From Octopus vulgaris (Eukaryota), in assembly GCA_951406725.2 (NCBI GenBank), contig OX597823.1, positions 100,440,001 through 100,504,000 of the forward strand: a stretch of 64,000 nt of DNA, written 5' to 3'. Under the pieces are notes generated by a model that was not told where the DNA came from, searched no databases, and saw nothing but the letters and a program-made list of their open reading frames with translations. Of this stretch, positions 61,101 to 64,000 are shown one piece after another (the stretch's first letter is position 1; the number at the start of each line of letters is the position of its first letter). Made by a program: the position numbers and the translations under genes.

Positions 61101-62090
61101 AACGCTTGGGCTTGTCTGCAGTCAGACAAAGAGGCCAAAAGCTACAGCAAGAACCGGTGTCTACCATGAAGAATTTCTTCAACACCAGATTTTTGACAAA
61201 GAACGCACGATTTGTAGGAAGGGAAAAGGAAGAAGGTGCCGTGCTCAACTTGTCCGGATTTAGTTTAACGAAGGTTTGAAATTGCACGGCTGGATACACT
61301 TGTTTGCCTTTTCGGCAAACTTTAAGTGGTACCAGCACAAGCTGGAACGCTGCCCAGAGGAACGAGAAACAGAGCCACTCCGACTACGATTGCGTGAACA
61401 ACGCCTATTCCCACGGCACAGATCATCCATGCATCGTGTAAGTGCATCTATTTTATATGCTAAAGAATTATGTGAAGAAGAGAAGAAGCTGTCGGAGGGG
61501 TCTTGGTACACGCGCACAAGCTACGCGATGAAGGTGGGCCAGAAAATTCCAAGATTTTGTCGGCCATCATGGCAATTTGGTCAACAGTGTTAGACTCCAG
61601 GGCTGTGGCCAAAATTCTCTGCACGTTGGCAGGCAACCTGGAGAAAAATATCTTGCGCAGCAGAGGCACGTCTGCTGAGTTCCCACTTAATTCCCTTAAC
61701 CGGCGCAGGAATTGTGAGGGTGTTCTATCCCCCAGCTGTTCATCAGCCATGAGCTCATTGAACTTGCTCTCCTCTGACCGCGTGTTGCATCGGAGAATCT
61801 CTGCTTTGACTGATGCATAGGTGGCGTCTGGGTTGGGACTCATTATGAGATCCCTGGCCAATGTGGCAAGTTGAGGAGGCAAGCTACAGTAGAGGAGATG
61901 TAACTGCTGATTGGGAGAGACGGCATGGGCGGTAAAGTGGGACTCAACTTGGGCAAACCAAAGGCCCGCATCTCCCATGAATAAAGGCAAACCTGGTCCA
62001 GACATGTTCGTTCGAAACGCCTGTCACAGAGCAAAGGGAAACGAGTAGAAGCAAAACGACGAGAAACGGAGAAAACTAGTGAACCAACTA
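58175..62090 (-). mobile_element. Decayed Ty3/Gypsy LTR retrotransposon (gag-PR-RT-RH-IN)
   Basis: Gag WFAQVESHF and CWYH..F...A..C..PC; protease VDTGS; RT SPWASP, DYRRLN, YVDD; RNase H; integrase HIDL/TTDCG/NGLVE; many frameshifts; putative PBS TGG at ~62086; no paired LTRs found. Confidence 0.92.
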
Positions 62091-63779
62091 AAAAATATGT
62101 TTGTGGACTGATGTGTGTGTGTACAAAAAAACAGAGAGGCAAAAAAATTTTTTTTTTTGTAAGAACAATTTTTTAAAATAATGTACTGAGTGCGGTGGAG
62201 AAAACTTTTTGTAAGCACTAAGTCCACTCTGCTACAATTGGTGTTTGGAAGGGCATCTAGCTGTAAAAACCTTGCCAAAACGGACCTCACTTGTGCTATG
62301 TAAAAAGCACTAAGTCCACTCTGCTGGATGGTTGTTGTTAGGAGGAGCATTCAGCTGTAAAAATCCTGCCAAAAAAAGTCACAGATGTCTGACGCAGGCT
62401 TCTGCCTGGATGACTCTTGTCAAACTGTCCCACCCATGCCAGCATGGAAGGCAGACATTAAACAATGATGATGATATTCATATTAATTGTTAACATTTGC
62501 TTAAGTTGTTAATATTTGATTGTAGCTTGTGTCTGCTCAAGTTCTGAACTAAAGCCTCTGCCTAGTAATGCAGACAATGTTAGTGTTAACTTTATCCTTT
62601 ATGGCACATTTCTTCTATTGCAGTATTTCATTTAACATTTGAGAAAATGAATGCTTGAAATCAGGACATTTTTATTGATACTGTGAATGAAATGGGGAGG
62701 AATTTTACTAGGATTGAATACACTAATTTCCATATCAGTGTTTATCTAGGCAGATATATCAACTTGATAAACCTTAATCGTCAGATAGTAAACATTAGGG
62801 ATGAACATTCTTGGACAATATTTTCAGTTATGACCTGACAATCTACTTCTCACTTATGGTTACATTGTAAGTTACAAGCAATCTCACAAGTGCTGGTACC
62901 ATGATAAAATGCACTTGGTACATTCTGTAAAGTGGTTGGCATCCGGCTGTAGAATCCATACCAAAGCTCAGATGCTCTAGTGAGGTGTTGTCTTCCAATC
63001 TGAGAGCACAATAACCCCAAATAAGAACTAACTTGGACCATAATGAGCCATCGAACTCAGCACAGAAAGCATATCATGATTATATGTCTGTGTGTACAGG
63101 AACACTTGTAAATATAGGTATTATCTCTTTAATTTCTCACCAATGTAGAAAATGCAGGTCTCTAGCTGAAAAACAAGCTTTTCATTGGGACATGGGCAAT
63201 ATCAACAGATAATTATTTATGTATGCAGATATCTATGTACATATATGTATGCAAGCTTGGTTCTCATTACATCTGTATGTTTTTCACTTACACTACTTTG
63301 TCCACATGTATATATACACTCATTTACATACTGCTTTTCTGGAATGGTTTACATATTTTCAGTTTTATTAAGTTTGTAACTATAATTTCCTAATTAGTTG
63401 TTTTCTCTTTTGACTTTCTGAAGCTCTGTTTCTAAATTACTAAAACAATTATCCAAGTGTCCCAATAATTACTGGTATAATCATGTGAAGTAACCGTAGA
63501 CTTCTTTTTTAGTTCACTAATCTCCAACATAGTTAACAAACGCAGGGCTATTGATCTTTCTTCTGTCCCACTTCACATTTTTCTTTTATCTTGTCACATC
63601 CCTGAATCTCATACTATTCACGGGATTATCCTGTCTATAGATTGCATTGTACAATGTTTTAGTCATAGTAGGTAGATAACACTGTGATTAAATTTTCAAA
63701 CAACTGCTTATAATGTGGGTTGCAGTCTTGTTTTCTTTCACCTGGATTGGCCAGGCTGTCTGGTGACAAGTTGGTTCCA

Positions 63780-64000
63780 TTGGTCACAGCATTCACTCCA
63801 CTCCCTTCATACTCTTGTCATTCTCCTCCACATTGCTCCTAACGTTTTTTCTTAAATCATCTTCCCACCTTATTGAAGGAATTCCGAGTAGTCACTTCTG
63901 CTCCTGTGGGTACCACTTGACAACTACATGGGCCCACCAATTGTCTGTGAACTTGGCAACATGGCTGGCCCGTCGTAGCTTTGCATGGTGGCATTCTGTG
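63780..64000 (-). mobile_element. RTE LINE C-terminal fragment
   Basis: HVAKFTDNWWAHVVVKWYP...IRWEDDLRK. Confidence 0.6.

Noticed and set aside
1-64000. Most 60-110 aa ORFs in the track
   Set aside because: They overlap SINE/RTE tails, microsatellites or antisense frames of TEs, have no recognisable motifs, and often use non-ATG starts.

Overview
AT-rich, microsatellite- and TE-dense eukaryotic DNA. The SINE and RTE repeat vocabulary resembles an Octopus (coleoid cephalopod) genome; this is inferred, not searched. Bases 1558-40946 (+) carry the last 19 coding exons (~785 aa, frame-consistent GT-AG joins) of POLR1B/RPA2, the second-largest RNA polymerase I subunit, with unusually divergent fork loops. 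Its introns hold two antisense CR1-group LINEs (one with an intact 1034-aa APE+RT ORF2), RTE, Tc1/mariner, MITE, Helitron/Helentron and Penelope remnants. A convergent, unidentified ~206-aa gene lies on the - strand (45843-50419), apparently driven from a twin RFX X-box promoter at ~54.3 kb. A decayed Ty3/Gypsy element occupies 58.2-62.1 kb. The most notable observations are: a LINE and a SINE share a 3' stem-loop with compensatory base changes; one SINE head is joined to two different LINE-derived tails; Penelope-associated hammerhead-ribozyme cores are present; Pol I fork loops are remodelled; and several intronic inverted repeats could form dsRNA. No CRISPR, rRNA or prokaryotic system was seen.
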